Of a stretch of 54,811 bases of DNA, positions 38,256 through 47,097 are shown in pieces. The stretch lies in NCBI GenBank assembly GCA_964412525.1, contig CAYPOX010000003.1:1-54811 (forward strand). Reading direction: 5' to 3'. Made by a program: the position numbers and the translations under genes. The stretch comes from an uncultured Caulobacterales bacterium (GTDB lineage Bacteria; Pseudomonadota; Alphaproteobacteria; Caulobacterales; CAYPOX01). The notes below the pieces were generated by a model. That model was given only the letters and a program-made list of their open reading frames with translations. It ran no database searches and had not been told where the DNA came from. How positions within the stretch are numbered: the first letter of the stretch is position 1; each line of letters starts with the position of its first letter.

Positions 38256-40352
38256 ATGCGTAGCGTCCTCATGATTTCGGCCGCGTGTTGGGTCCTAGCC
38301 TCCGCCGATCGCGCACAGGGTCAGTCGCTCGACTATGAAGGCCTCGAAGCAGCCTTCGGCGAACCCATCACCTTGTCCGCAACCGGCGCGCCGAAGACCG
38401 CATCCAGCGCGCCCGCAAATTTGCGCATTATCAGCGGAGAAGACATCCGCCGATCCGGCGCCGTCGATATCGCCGAAGTGCTCGATCGGTTTCCGGGAGT
38501 CCAAGTCACGCGCACGCTCGCCGGCGCACCCGAGGTCTCGATCCGAGGTTACATTCAAGGCATCAACAGACAACTTCTTGTTCTAGTCGATGGCCGTGAA
38601 GTCTACCTCAATCATTTCGCAAGCACGCTGTGGTCCTCATTTCCCGTTTCTATGGAGGAAATCCAACAAATTGAATTGGTTCTTGGCCCCTCGGCCGCGA
38701 TTTTTGGACCCAACGCATATGCGGGCGTCATTAATGTCATTACAAAGAATGCGCTCCCGCAACCAACCAACGCCATCACGCTACGCTACGGAGCTGCAGA
38801 TTTCGCATCCGGCGAAGCCACGGCGACACTCGCTCTCAACGACAACCATGCCGCGCGTTTGGCGATCGGCGGTTTTCGCGCAGACAGCTTTGACGACCCG
38901 AATCTTCCGCCCATCGCCTTCGTCAGGTTCGAAGAACCCGATGCTGGATTCATGGCGTTGCGCAGTTCTCATCGATTCTCGGATGCGCTGAACGGCGTCA
39001 CGGAATTCACTTTTTCGAGGCAAACCGTGACAAACTACTTCCGAAACAATACCCAACCCTTCGACACCTCTCGCTTTACAAGTAAACTTGGTCTCACTTG
39101 GAGTGGCGATTCGACGATCCTCGCGGGTAACGTCGTATATGAACGGACGATCCAAGATTTTGAGTTTGCGACCGTTCCGCGTTTCCGCTTTGAGAACGAC
39201 TATGTTCGCGGCCAGTTGAGCGCCATCCAGGATTTCGGTCGCTGGGGCGTTCTCCGTGGCGGGTTGGAGTACCGACGCGATTCGATGCCGACCGCCGTAG
39301 TCGGGATCGACAACGGTTCGGTTTCGGTCAGCAGCGTGTCCGCCTCCTCGGGTTGGGATGTCAACGTCACGTCTCGGCTTGCATTCAGCGGAGCGTTTCG
39401 GGTCGATGTTTTCGATCAATCCGCGGAACGGACGCCGGTTTTCGCAACCCGCGAAAACAGTTCCGGCGAACGGGTTCGGGCGAGCATCAGCGCCAACGCC
39501 GGCCTGACATTCAATCTGACGAGCAAAGATACGCTTCGATTGTTGTACGGACGCGCCAGCGCTCAACCGAACATTGTTGAGACAAACGCTCTGCAAGGCT
39601 TCAACCCCATTCCAATGGGACCCACGGTTTTCTTCGGCGCCAATCCGGAGTTGGAACCGATGGTGGCGACCAATTACGAGTTCAATTACGTACGGACATT
39701 GACGAGGTTTCGCGGGTCAGCCGGAATAGCGATGTTTTACAGGCAACAACACAAAATCATTGATGCGTTTCCGAATCAATTAGACTTTTTTCCACCTGGA
39801 ACGATATTTAATATCTATGACAATATTGGTGACTCCGAGTCCGTGGGCGGTGAAGTGTTTCTTGAAGGACGCCATCGGGATCATTGGCGATATGGGGTCA
39901 ATTACGCCTTCATTGATATAGAAGATGACTTGTTCGCCACCCTATTCGGCATGCGCGTGCCTCGGATCGGCGTGGACCCCGAAACACAGATCGAGTCCCC
40001 GCTGGAGGACAGCCACTACTTTGAAGGCGGCTCGCCAAAACACGAAGTCAATTTGCATGTCGGATATGAACGCGGCTGCGCCTCGTTCGATCTGTATGGC
40101 GCCTATTTGTCGGATTTCAGGCTACCTTTAACTTATATTAATGAGATTCCGTTTCAGGCGCCCGGATCGTTCAGCAGCGCTTTCATCGACATCGACTCCC
40201 GTTTCGAGCTCGGCGGCCGGCTTGCCTATCGACCGTTCAAGCATGTCGAAGCCGCAATCCAAGTGAACAACGTCTTGGATGACCAGTTCCGCGAAGGCCC
40301 ACTCCAGGAGGCCGAGCGGCGATGGTTCGCCTCCCTCACCGTTCGCTGGTGA
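38256..40352 (+). CDS. TonB-dependent outer-membrane receptor
   Basis: Signal peptide, then plug-domain motifs (PITLSATG, LRIISGEDIRRSGAVDIAEVLDRFPGVQV, SIRGY, VLVDGREVY), a long beta-barrel, and a C-terminal aromatic residue (...SLTVRW). The start lies 2 nt after the upstream stop. Confidence 0.9.
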   Translation: MRSVLMISAACWVLASADRAQGQSLDYEGLEAAFGEPITLSATGAPKTASSAPANLRIISGEDIRRSGAVDIAEVLDRFPGVQVTRTLAGAPEVSIRGYIQGINRQLLVLVDGREVYLNHFASTLWSSFPVSMEEIQQIELVLGPSAAIFGPNAYAGVINVITKNALPQPTNAITLRYGAADFASGEATATLALNDNHAARLAIGGFRADSFDDPNLPPIAFVRFEEPDAGFMALRSSHRFSDALNGVTEFTFSRQTVTNYFRNNTQPFDTSRFTSKLGLTWSGDSTILAGNVVYERTIQDFEFATVPRFRFENDYVRGQLSAIQDFGRWGVLRGGLEYRRDSMPTAVVGIDNGSVSVSSVSASSGWDVNVTSRLAFSGAFRVDVFDQSAERTPVFATRENSSGERVRASISANAGLTFNLTSKDTLRLLYGRASAQPNIVETNALQGFNPIPMGPTVFFGANPELEPMVATNYEFNYVRTLTRFRGSAGIAMFYRQQHKIIDAFPNQLDFFPPGTIFNIYDNIGDSESVGGEVFLEGRHRDHWRYGVNYAFIDIEDDLFATLFGMRVPRIGVDPETQIESPLEDSHYFEGGSPKHEVNLHVGYERGCASFDLYGAYLSDFRLPLTYINEIPFQAPGSFSSAFIDIDSRFELGGRLAYRPFKHVEAAIQVNNVLDDQFREGPLQEAERRWFASLTVRW

Positions 40353-40413
40353 GGAAGGCGACCAAACCCCGGCCGCGTGCGTGACGCCCTCGCCCAACAC
40401 GCGCACGCGGTCG

Positions 40414-40440
40414 GGGACCCGATTGGGTCCCAAATGTTTG
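40414..40440 (+). terminator. candidate rho-independent terminator after the TBDR gene
   Basis: Perfect 7-bp stem GGGACCC-GATT-GGGTCCC (40414-40431) followed by AAATGTTTG. The T-tract is weak. Confidence 0.5.
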
Positions 40441-40444
40441 CATT
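40435..40444 (+). repeat. right copy of 10-bp direct repeat TGTTTGCATT
   Basis: Exact match to 37651-37660. It lies immediately after the terminator hairpin of the TBDR gene. Confidence 0.35.
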
Positions 40445-40600
40445 CGTAAAGCTCTGATTGCGATTGTTTTGTGAGTTTTTGGATCTTTTTCGTCGAAACC
40501 GATATCTGCGGTCGAATACGAATTCCTAACCCTCAGCTTCTAGGACCCATGGCTTAGCCGCGTCGGTTGAGTCGACGCGAATCCGATGAAGGAGGCGCAA

Positions 40601-41077
40601 ATGAGCATTGAACTCGCCGCTCTCGCCGCGGGAGCCGTCACGGCGACCTCCGTGGCCGCCATTACAGGATGGATCGGCCGCGCGCCGGTTGACGGCGCTT
40701 CCTTGCGTCGCGCCGTTGTCTGCAAGACCGGCGACCGTGCGGTCGTGTCCTGCACGATCCATTGCGATGCGGAGCCGGATCCAAGTCGTGGGGCGACGGC
40801 GCGCGCCGTCGCCCGGCAATGGGGCGATCGCGTGGAAGGGCGCATGGGGGCCATCCTCCAGCATGCCGTGAGCGACGCCGCCGAGGGTTTTTCAGCCCAT
40901 GCGGTTCTCCATGACGCGGACGCGTTTCATGCAGCCTGCGAACACATCTTGGCGACGGAGTTCGACCCGCTTGGACGGCGAGTCGCCCGCTTCGAGGTGA
41001 CGGAGACGCGTCTTTTGAAGTCTCTTTCGCCGGTACCAGATCCGAGTTCGGTCGCACCGCCGGCGCTGGCGGCCTAG
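40601..41077 (+). CDS. hypothetical protein with N-terminal hydrophobic segment
   Basis: ATG at 40601 is preceded by AAGGAGG (the ORF-track start at 40586 lies inside that Shine-Dalgarno). N-terminus MSIELAALAAGAVTATSVAAITGW. No family recognised. Confidence 0.45.
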   Translation: MSIELAALAAGAVTATSVAAITGWIGRAPVDGASLRRAVVCKTGDRAVVSCTIHCDAEPDPSRGATARAVARQWGDRVEGRMGAILQHAVSDAAEGFSAHAVLHDADAFHAACEHILATEFDPLGRRVARFEVTETRLLKSLSPVPDPSSVAPPALAA

Positions 41078-41256
41078 ACACGCCGTATCGCCCCGGAGCC
41101 GTCGGCGCACATCGCTCTTGTCAGGTCAAAACGCCCCTTTCTTGTCCGCACATGGCGGGCGGTTCGGATCGTGATCGCATCCATAAGCGTGCATTGAGGG
41201 GTGCGTTCGTGCGCGCGGCGCGCTAGGAGCGTCCGTTCCGATCGCAGCGCGCGCCC

Positions 41257-43869
41257 ATGACCGACCGACCACCCCTCTTCCGACGCCCCATATCCGCTCT
41301 CGCCTTGGCGGCCTTTCGCAAACCGCGGCTGGCCTTGGCGTGCGTGGTGGTCGGGGCGGTGTTGGCCGCGCTTTACGCGGTCATGACGATGTCGGTCTCC
41401 ACCCAAACCACCGATTTGATCGACGCCGACGTTCCCTACCGCCAAGCGTCTTTGGAGTATCGGGCGGCGTTCGGGCGTTCGGCGGACAAAATCGTCGCCG
41501 TGATCGATGCGGAGAGCGCCGAGGAAGCGGATATGGCCGCCTCCCGCCTGCTCCAAGCGCTGCGTGATCGTGAAACGGCGTTTGAAAGCATCGAGGCGCC
41601 CGCCTTCGATCCCTTTTTCCTTCGGAACGGCCTTCTCTATCGGAGCGCGGAGACCCTAGAGCAAACGGTCGACCTTCTCGCCGAAGCTCAAGGCTTCCTG
41701 TCTTCGGTGGCTCAAGAGCCCAATTTGAAAGGATTGTTCGACCCGCTGATCGCGGCGGCCGAAGCCGCCGAGCGCGGCGACATCGACCCGGAAGACGTGA
41801 CGCCCATATTGACCGCCCTTGCGGAGTCCGCGCGCAGCCAAGCGCAAGGCGCACCGCTCGCACTGCCCTGGAGCCAGGTTTTTTCCCGCGGCGCAGCCGA
41901 GTCGGCGCAGCGTTTCATTCTCGTCACGCCGAAACTCGCAAAGACGCGGATCGGCCGCGCCAAGGCCGCCCTCGCCGCCTTTGACGAGGCCATGGACGAG
42001 GCGGCGGCGGCGCGCCCGTCCGCCCGGTTTCGGGCCACAGGCCAGCCCTTGATCCGCCAAGCGGAAGTGGCGGCGGTGTTGGAGGGCCTTTCAACCGCAG
42101 GCCTGGTGTCCTTCATCGCCGTCAGCGCCATCCTGGCCCTCGGCTTACGTTCGGCGATTCTCAGTTTCGCCCTGGGCTTAGCCTTGGTGGCGGGCACGGC
42201 GCTCACGGTCGGCCTCGGCGCGGTCACTGTCGGCCAACTCAATCTTATCTCCGTCGCTTTCATCGTCTTGTTCATCGGCTTGTCTGTGGATTTCGGCATC
42301 CATTTCAGCCTGCGCTTGGCCGAGGAGGCGCGTGCGGGCGCAAAGCCGCAGGACGCCGTCGAAACGGCGGCCTACAGCGTCGGCGGCGCCTTAACCCTTT
42401 CCGCCGCCTGCGCCGCCGCCGGCTTTTTGTCCTTTCTCCCAACGGCCTATCGCGGATTGGCGGAACTCGGCGTGATCGCCGCGGGAGGCATGTTGGTCGC
42501 CTTGCTGCTCAATGTGGTCACCCCCTCAGCCGTCATGGGGTTGAGGGCGCCGAGAGCTCGAGAGACGCCGAAACCGGAAGAGCCCGCACATGGCCTATCT
42601 CAAAGGCTGCGCGCCCATGCGGGGATGGTGACGAGCGCAACCGCGGTGCTCTCCGCCGCGGCGATTTTCGGGGCGATGCAAGCGCGGATCGACGTCAATC
42701 CGCTCAATCTCGCGCCGGTCTCTGAGGCGGTGACGACCTATGAGAGCCTTGCGGCGGACTCACGCACGAACCCTTACGTGTCCAATCACCTGGCGGACAG
42801 CCTTGGGGCCGCGGCGGACCTGAGATCGCGTCTCGCCGAATTGCCCGAAGTTCTGGAGACGCGGGACGTGAGCGTGTTCGTCCCGACAAATCAGGAGTTG
42901 AAACTCCTGATATTGGAGGATCTCGCCTACATCGCGCCGCCGCCGGTCGCCGGCGACGTGGGCGCGGAGGATGACGCCGCGCGCATTGCGGCGATTTCTT
43001 CCCTACGCGACGCAATGGCCGACGCGCCCAATCTCGGCGTCCCAGGCCGCATCCTCAACGCCGCGCTCACCAGCCTGTTGCAGAACGGTCCCGGACCCCG
43101 CGCCGCGTTTGAACGCGACGCCGTCGCGCCCTTGGCGCGTTTGATCGACGTGACGGCCCAAGCGCCGAGCATTGTGGAACTGACGCTCGACGACATCCCG
43201 CAACGGATCCGCGCCGATTGGATCGCGCCGGATGGCCGCGTGCGCGTGGAGGCCACGCCGGCGCAGGACGTCAACGATCCGGACGCGATGCAGGCCTTCG
43301 CGGACGCCGTTTTGAGCGTCGATCCAAAGGCGTCCGGCGCGTCGGTGACGGTGGTCGAGGCTGGCCGAGTGGTGCGGGACTCCTTCATTTTCGCGAGCCT
43401 CGTCTCCGTCATCCTCGTGACGGGGATTTTGGCGATCGTCCTGCGCGATCTGACCGGCGTCGGATTGGCCCTGGCGACACCGATCATCGCGGCGCTTTGG
43501 ACGACCGCCCTGGCGGGAATCACAGGCGTTCCGTTCAATTTCGCCAATGTGATCGTGCTGCCCCTCCTTTTCGGGTTGGGCGCTTCGGCGAGCATTCACA
43601 TGGTCGTGCGCTTTCGGCGTCGGGGCGCCGGCGAAGGCGAAGGCGTCTTCGCCACCTCAACCCCGCTCGCGGTCACTTTGAGCGCGCTGACCACGCTGGC
43701 GTCCTTCGGCAGCCTGCTTCTGTCGCCCCACCGCGGGATGCAAAGCATGGGGTTGCTGCTCACGATCGCGATCGCCGCCATTCTGGTGGTGGCGCTCATC
43801 GCCTTGCCGTCCCTTATGAGCCTGGCCGATCGCCTGCGCGCCGTGCGTCAACGTCACGCCAAGGCGTGA
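41257..43869 (+). CDS. MMPL/RND-superfamily exporter, HpnN-like (hopanoid-transporter-like)
   Basis: 870 aa. The layout is two blocks of TM1, a large periplasmic loop and five TM segments, with SSD-like segments (ISVAFIVLFIGLSVDFGIHF and FANVIVLPLLFGLGASASIHMV). Size and layout match HpnN-type MMPL proteins. Subfamily assignment is not verified. Confidence 0.75.
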   Translation: MTDRPPLFRRPISALALAAFRKPRLALACVVVGAVLAALYAVMTMSVSTQTTDLIDADVPYRQASLEYRAAFGRSADKIVAVIDAESAEEADMAASRLLQALRDRETAFESIEAPAFDPFFLRNGLLYRSAETLEQTVDLLAEAQGFLSSVAQEPNLKGLFDPLIAAAEAAERGDIDPEDVTPILTALAESARSQAQGAPLALPWSQVFSRGAAESAQRFILVTPKLAKTRIGRAKAALAAFDEAMDEAAAARPSARFRATGQPLIRQAEVAAVLEGLSTAGLVSFIAVSAILALGLRSAILSFALGLALVAGTALTVGLGAVTVGQLNLISVAFIVLFIGLSVDFGIHFSLRLAEEARAGAKPQDAVETAAYSVGGALTLSAACAAAGFLSFLPTAYRGLAELGVIAAGGMLVALLLNVVTPSAVMGLRAPRARETPKPEEPAHGLSQRLRAHAGMVTSATAVLSAAAIFGAMQARIDVNPLNLAPVSEAVTTYESLAADSRTNPYVSNHLADSLGAAADLRSRLAELPEVLETRDVSVFVPTNQELKLLILEDLAYIAPPPVAGDVGAEDDAARIAAISSLRDAMADAPNLGVPGRILNAALTSLLQNGPGPRAAFERDAVAPLARLIDVTAQAPSIVELTLDDIPQRIRADWIAPDGRVRVEATPAQDVNDPDAMQAFADAVLSVDPKASGASVTVVEAGRVVRDSFIFASLVSVILVTGILAIVLRDLTGVGLALATPIIAALWTTALAGITGVPFNFANVIVLPLLFGLGASASIHMVVRFRRRGAGEGEGVFATSTPLAVTLSALTTLASFGSLLLSPHRGMQSMGLLLTIAIAAILVVALIALPSLMSLADRLRAVRQRHAKA

Positions 43870-44834
43870 TCCCGCATCCATTGGACCGCATCCGCCAGCG
43901 CGGCGCCGGCGGTGCCGGATCGCAGTCCGAGACGCGCGCGGCTCCAAGACACGTCAAACGGCCGAGCGCGCAAAGCGCTCAACACGCCCGCCTTCGGCGC
44001 CGCCGGCGCGGGCCCGCCCAATGCGGCCAGCCCCTCGCTGGCCGATGCGGCGACAAGCGCCGCGACGTCCGGAATGCGGCGCGTCGGCGCGGCGCGACCG
44101 GAGATTTCCTCCAACTCCGCGAGTATGGCGGACAAACGTCGATTTTCGTCGCCGATCAGATATCGCGCGCCCGCTTCTCCCCGATCACGCGCCGCAATCA
44201 GCCCGTCGGCGAGCGCTCTGACGTCGATCACGTTCATCCATGTCTCGAGAAAGGCCGGGAACCGACCGCGAAGCACGTCCCGGACCAAACGGGTCGGCGG
44301 GGTCATGCCGTGATCGCCTGGACCGATGGGGACGGTCGGCGTGGCGATGACGATGTCCGCGCCGCCCGCGGCCAGGCGCATGGCGGCCGCGTCCGCCCGC
44401 GCCTTTGATTGCGGATAGCCGCGCGGCAACTCTTCGGGCGGCGCGGCGTCCGTTTCCGTCAAAGGCCGCGCCTGCGCGGCGCAGGCCTTTGACGCATACA
44501 CCGTCGGACTGGAGATATGGACCGCGCGCACCCGCCTCTCATGCGCGGCTTCAAAGACCCGCCGCGCGCCATGATGGTTCAAACGTTCGAACACCGCCGC
44601 GTCGCGCGCCCATAGGTGCGGATACGCGGCGCAGTGAAAGACGCTCGTGACCCCTCGCAGCGCCGTATCCAAGACAGCGTCGTCCAAAATCGAGCCCATG
44701 TGCAGATCCGCGCCGTTCAGAGCGTCGCGTGGAGGCTTCAAATCCAAGACCCGGACATGCTCGCCGCGGGCGAGAAGGGCCGCGGCCACATGCGAACCGA
44801 TAAAGCCCGTCCCGCCGGTGACGAGCGCGGTCAC
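43854..44834 (-). CDS. NAD-dependent epimerase/dehydratase (extended SDR; HpnA/3-beta-HSD-like)
   Basis: Contains MTALVTGGTGFIGSHVAAALLARGEHVRVLD and the catalytic YPQSK (YxxxK). 326 aa. The GTG start overlaps the upstream stop (GTGA). The 3' end overlaps the convergent RND gene by 16 nt. Confidence 0.85.
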   Translation of the reverse strand: MTALVTGGTGFIGSHVAAALLARGEHVRVLDLKPPRDALNGADLHMGSILDDAVLDTALRGVTSVFHCAAYPHLWARDAAVFERLNHHGARRVFEAAHERRVRAVHISSPTVYASKACAAQARPLTETDAAPPEELPRGYPQSKARADAAAMRLAAGGADIVIATPTVPIGPGDHGMTPPTRLVRDVLRGRFPAFLETWMNVIDVRALADGLIAARDRGEAGARYLIGDENRRLSAILAELEEISGRAAPTRRIPDVAALVAASASEGLAALGGPAPAAPKAGVLSALRARPFDVSWSRARLGLRSGTAGAALADAVQWMRDHALA

Positions 44835-45976
44835 GACCGCAATCGACAGATCGCAAGGCCGGGCGCCGTCGCCGACCCGACCGCCACGTCGCCGCCGCCC
44901 AGTGCGACGGCGCTTGTCGCCCCGTTCAGCAAATCGCCCTCACGATCGTCGAGCAAGATGCGCGCAGTTGATCCGCTCATCTCCACGATGCGGGACCCGG
45001 AGCGACGGCCTGGGCCGTGGCGCGCCCACGCATAGACAGGCAAATTGTTGTGCAGAGCTGCAAGGACGCGCCCGTCGTCGTCAGCGGTCAAGTTGTCCGG
45101 GGCGCCGGGCAAGCGGATCTCGCCGAATGTCTGAACCGGCAAGGGGCTCTCCTCCAAAATCGCTTCTGGATAAGCGCGCACGGCCCGGCCCCGGGTTTCC
45201 GCCACATAGACGGTCTTTCCCGCCGCGACGACGCCGTTGGCGAAGTGCAGGCCGTCGGCGACGGTGGCCGATCGACCGCTTTCCAGGTCGAAGCGCATCA
45301 CCGACCCGGTGCGCGCGGCGGTCGCCTGCCGCCAGAGAGTCGGCCAAAAGCCGCCGGACGCCCGGTCGAATGTTACATACAGATCGCCGGTCTTCGACCA
45401 CTCCAGGTCATTGGCGCGTATGAAAAACGGGTTGCGCAGGATCGCGCTCGTTCGAAAGGCCCGGGCGTCCGCCGCGTAGACGCGGATCGTCGCATCCGAC
45501 AAGGCGCCGTCGTGATATTGACGCGCAACGACCGCCAATCGGTCATTCTGAAACGCGATCCCGTGGGGCGCGTCGACCTCGAAGTCGCCCAAAGCGGCGC
45601 GGGAGACGCGCAACTCCGCGTCCGCACCCGCCACGCGCGCCACAGGCGCGATGAACACGCCCCCATCCGGGGCGTCCCCCGCTTCGGCGGCCCGACGGTC
45701 ATAAATGGAGAGAAACAGGCGGTCGCGGCCTTGATCGATCGCAAGGTCTTCCGCTTGTCCGGCGAGCGTTTCGCCGGTGTCCGCGTTGATCAGTGGGACG
45801 CGTCGGCACGCGGCGGCGACGTCGAATGCGGCCTGGGGGATCGCAGATTGTTGCGTCCAGGCATAGATCGTCCCGCCTACGGTCAGGGCGGCGATCAGGA
45901 CCAAGAAACGGCGAAACCGCCGGCGCGGACGACACCATGTATTGGGGCGACCGCGATCTTTGAACCGGGCGCTCAC
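44831..45976 (-). CDS. membrane-anchored six-bladed beta-propeller protein (paraoxonase/arylesterase- or SMP-30/strictosidine-synthase-like)
   Basis: N-terminal TM anchor (FLVLIAALTVGGTIYAW). The layout GQAEDLAID...PHGIAF...RANDLEW...FANGVVAAGKTVYVAE...PDNLTADDDG resembles the PON/SGL family. Family assignment is from pattern only. Confidence 0.55.
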   Translation of the reverse strand: MSARFKDRGRPNTWCRPRRRFRRFLVLIAALTVGGTIYAWTQQSAIPQAAFDVAAACRRVPLINADTGETLAGQAEDLAIDQGRDRLFLSIYDRRAAEAGDAPDGGVFIAPVARVAGADAELRVSRAALGDFEVDAPHGIAFQNDRLAVVARQYHDGALSDATIRVYAADARAFRTSAILRNPFFIRANDLEWSKTGDLYVTFDRASGGFWPTLWRQATAARTGSVMRFDLESGRSATVADGLHFANGVVAAGKTVYVAETRGRAVRAYPEAILEESPLPVQTFGEIRLPGAPDNLTADDDGRVLAALHNNLPVYAWARHGPGRRSGSRIVEMSGSTARILLDDREGDLLNGATSAVALGGGDVAVGSATAPGLAICRLRS

Positions 45977-47097
45977 GCAGCCTTCGCATCCGGGCGCTCA
46001 TAGCCCCAGCGGCGAACCCATTCGCCCCAATGCGCCTCCACCTTCGTCGCCGCTTCGTCCGAATAAGCGAAACGGTTCTTCGCAAAGCTCTTCACAGACG
46101 CCAGATAGGTCTCGAAAGCCGGACGGGCCGCTTCAAAGCCGTCGATCTCCAACTGATCATAGATGAAGCGCACCGCGTCGATCGGATCGCGATCCAAACG
46201 CTCATATTCGATCTCGGCCAAAGCGTCCGGCGGTAAGGCGGCCGCGTCCCGTTCATAGACGCGCATCATCCGCGCATAGGTTCGAAGGATCACGCCGTCC
46301 ACGTCCACCTCGGCGAAATCCTGCAGCGCCATCTCCTGGAGAAGCTTTGCGTAGAAATTGCGCATGGAGGCGAACACTTCATAGGGATTGCGGCGGATAT
46401 GGATGAAGCGCGCATCCGGAAACATCGCCCTCAACACGCCCGCGCGGGCTGTGTAAACGGGATTCTTGATCAAAAGACGGCGACCGCCTTGGGTCGCGAT
46501 GATTTTTTTGAAGAAACGCCGCGCCGCCCGCCGCCATTGTGCACGCAAACCGGCGGACGCGCCGTCCATGAACACGCCGCGATCGATCCAAGCGTCGAAG
46601 CGGTGCGGAAAATAGATGCCATGGAAAAACGACAGGGTCGTCATGTTCGCGATCGCCGTTTCATCTTCCTGGGGGCTGTCGCCATGCACGGGGATGGCGT
46701 CGATGAACCGATCCGGGGGAAGGGTCTTGGCGATCGGCCCCTGGAGCCACCGCGCCAAGGTGGTCGTCTCCCACGGCATGCCCGTGTCCACTGGCGGAAC
46801 GAAGGCGAATTGGGGGTCCTTCGCCATGATGTTGTAAAGATGCGTCGTGCCGGAACGCCAATGGCCGAGAATGAAAATTGGGCGCGAGATCGGCGTGCGT
46901 CCCCAACTGAACGGCCCGATCGCTTGATCCAAGACGGTGAAGGGCGCACGGCCGAGGGCCGAAAGCGCGGCGAATGCGGCGCGCATGCGGCTTTCCCTGG
47001 CGACGCCGCCCGAACCGAGATACAGGCGACCCAGAGTCCATAGATCCGCGCCCGCCAAAGGATGTCGCAGTGATCTCCGCATGCTCATGTCCGCCAT
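45973..47097 (-). CDS. sulfotransferase-family protein
   Basis: 5'-PSB-like loop PIFILGHWRSGTTHLYN, then a 3'-PB-like region (RRLLIKNPVYTAR...IHIRRNPYEVFAS). 374 aa. GTGA and 13-nt overlaps with its neighbours. Confidence 0.8.
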   Translation of the reverse strand: MADMSMRRSLRHPLAGADLWTLGRLYLGSGGVARESRMRAAFAALSALGRAPFTVLDQAIGPFSWGRTPISRPIFILGHWRSGTTHLYNIMAKDPQFAFVPPVDTGMPWETTTLARWLQGPIAKTLPPDRFIDAIPVHGDSPQEDETAIANMTTLSFFHGIYFPHRFDAWIDRGVFMDGASAGLRAQWRRAARRFFKKIIATQGGRRLLIKNPVYTARAGVLRAMFPDARFIHIRRNPYEVFASMRNFYAKLLQEMALQDFAEVDVDGVILRTYARMMRVYERDAAALPPDALAEIEYERLDRDPIDAVRFIYDQLEIDGFEAARPAFETYLASVKSFAKNRFAYSDEAATKVEAHWGEWVRRWGYERPDAKAA

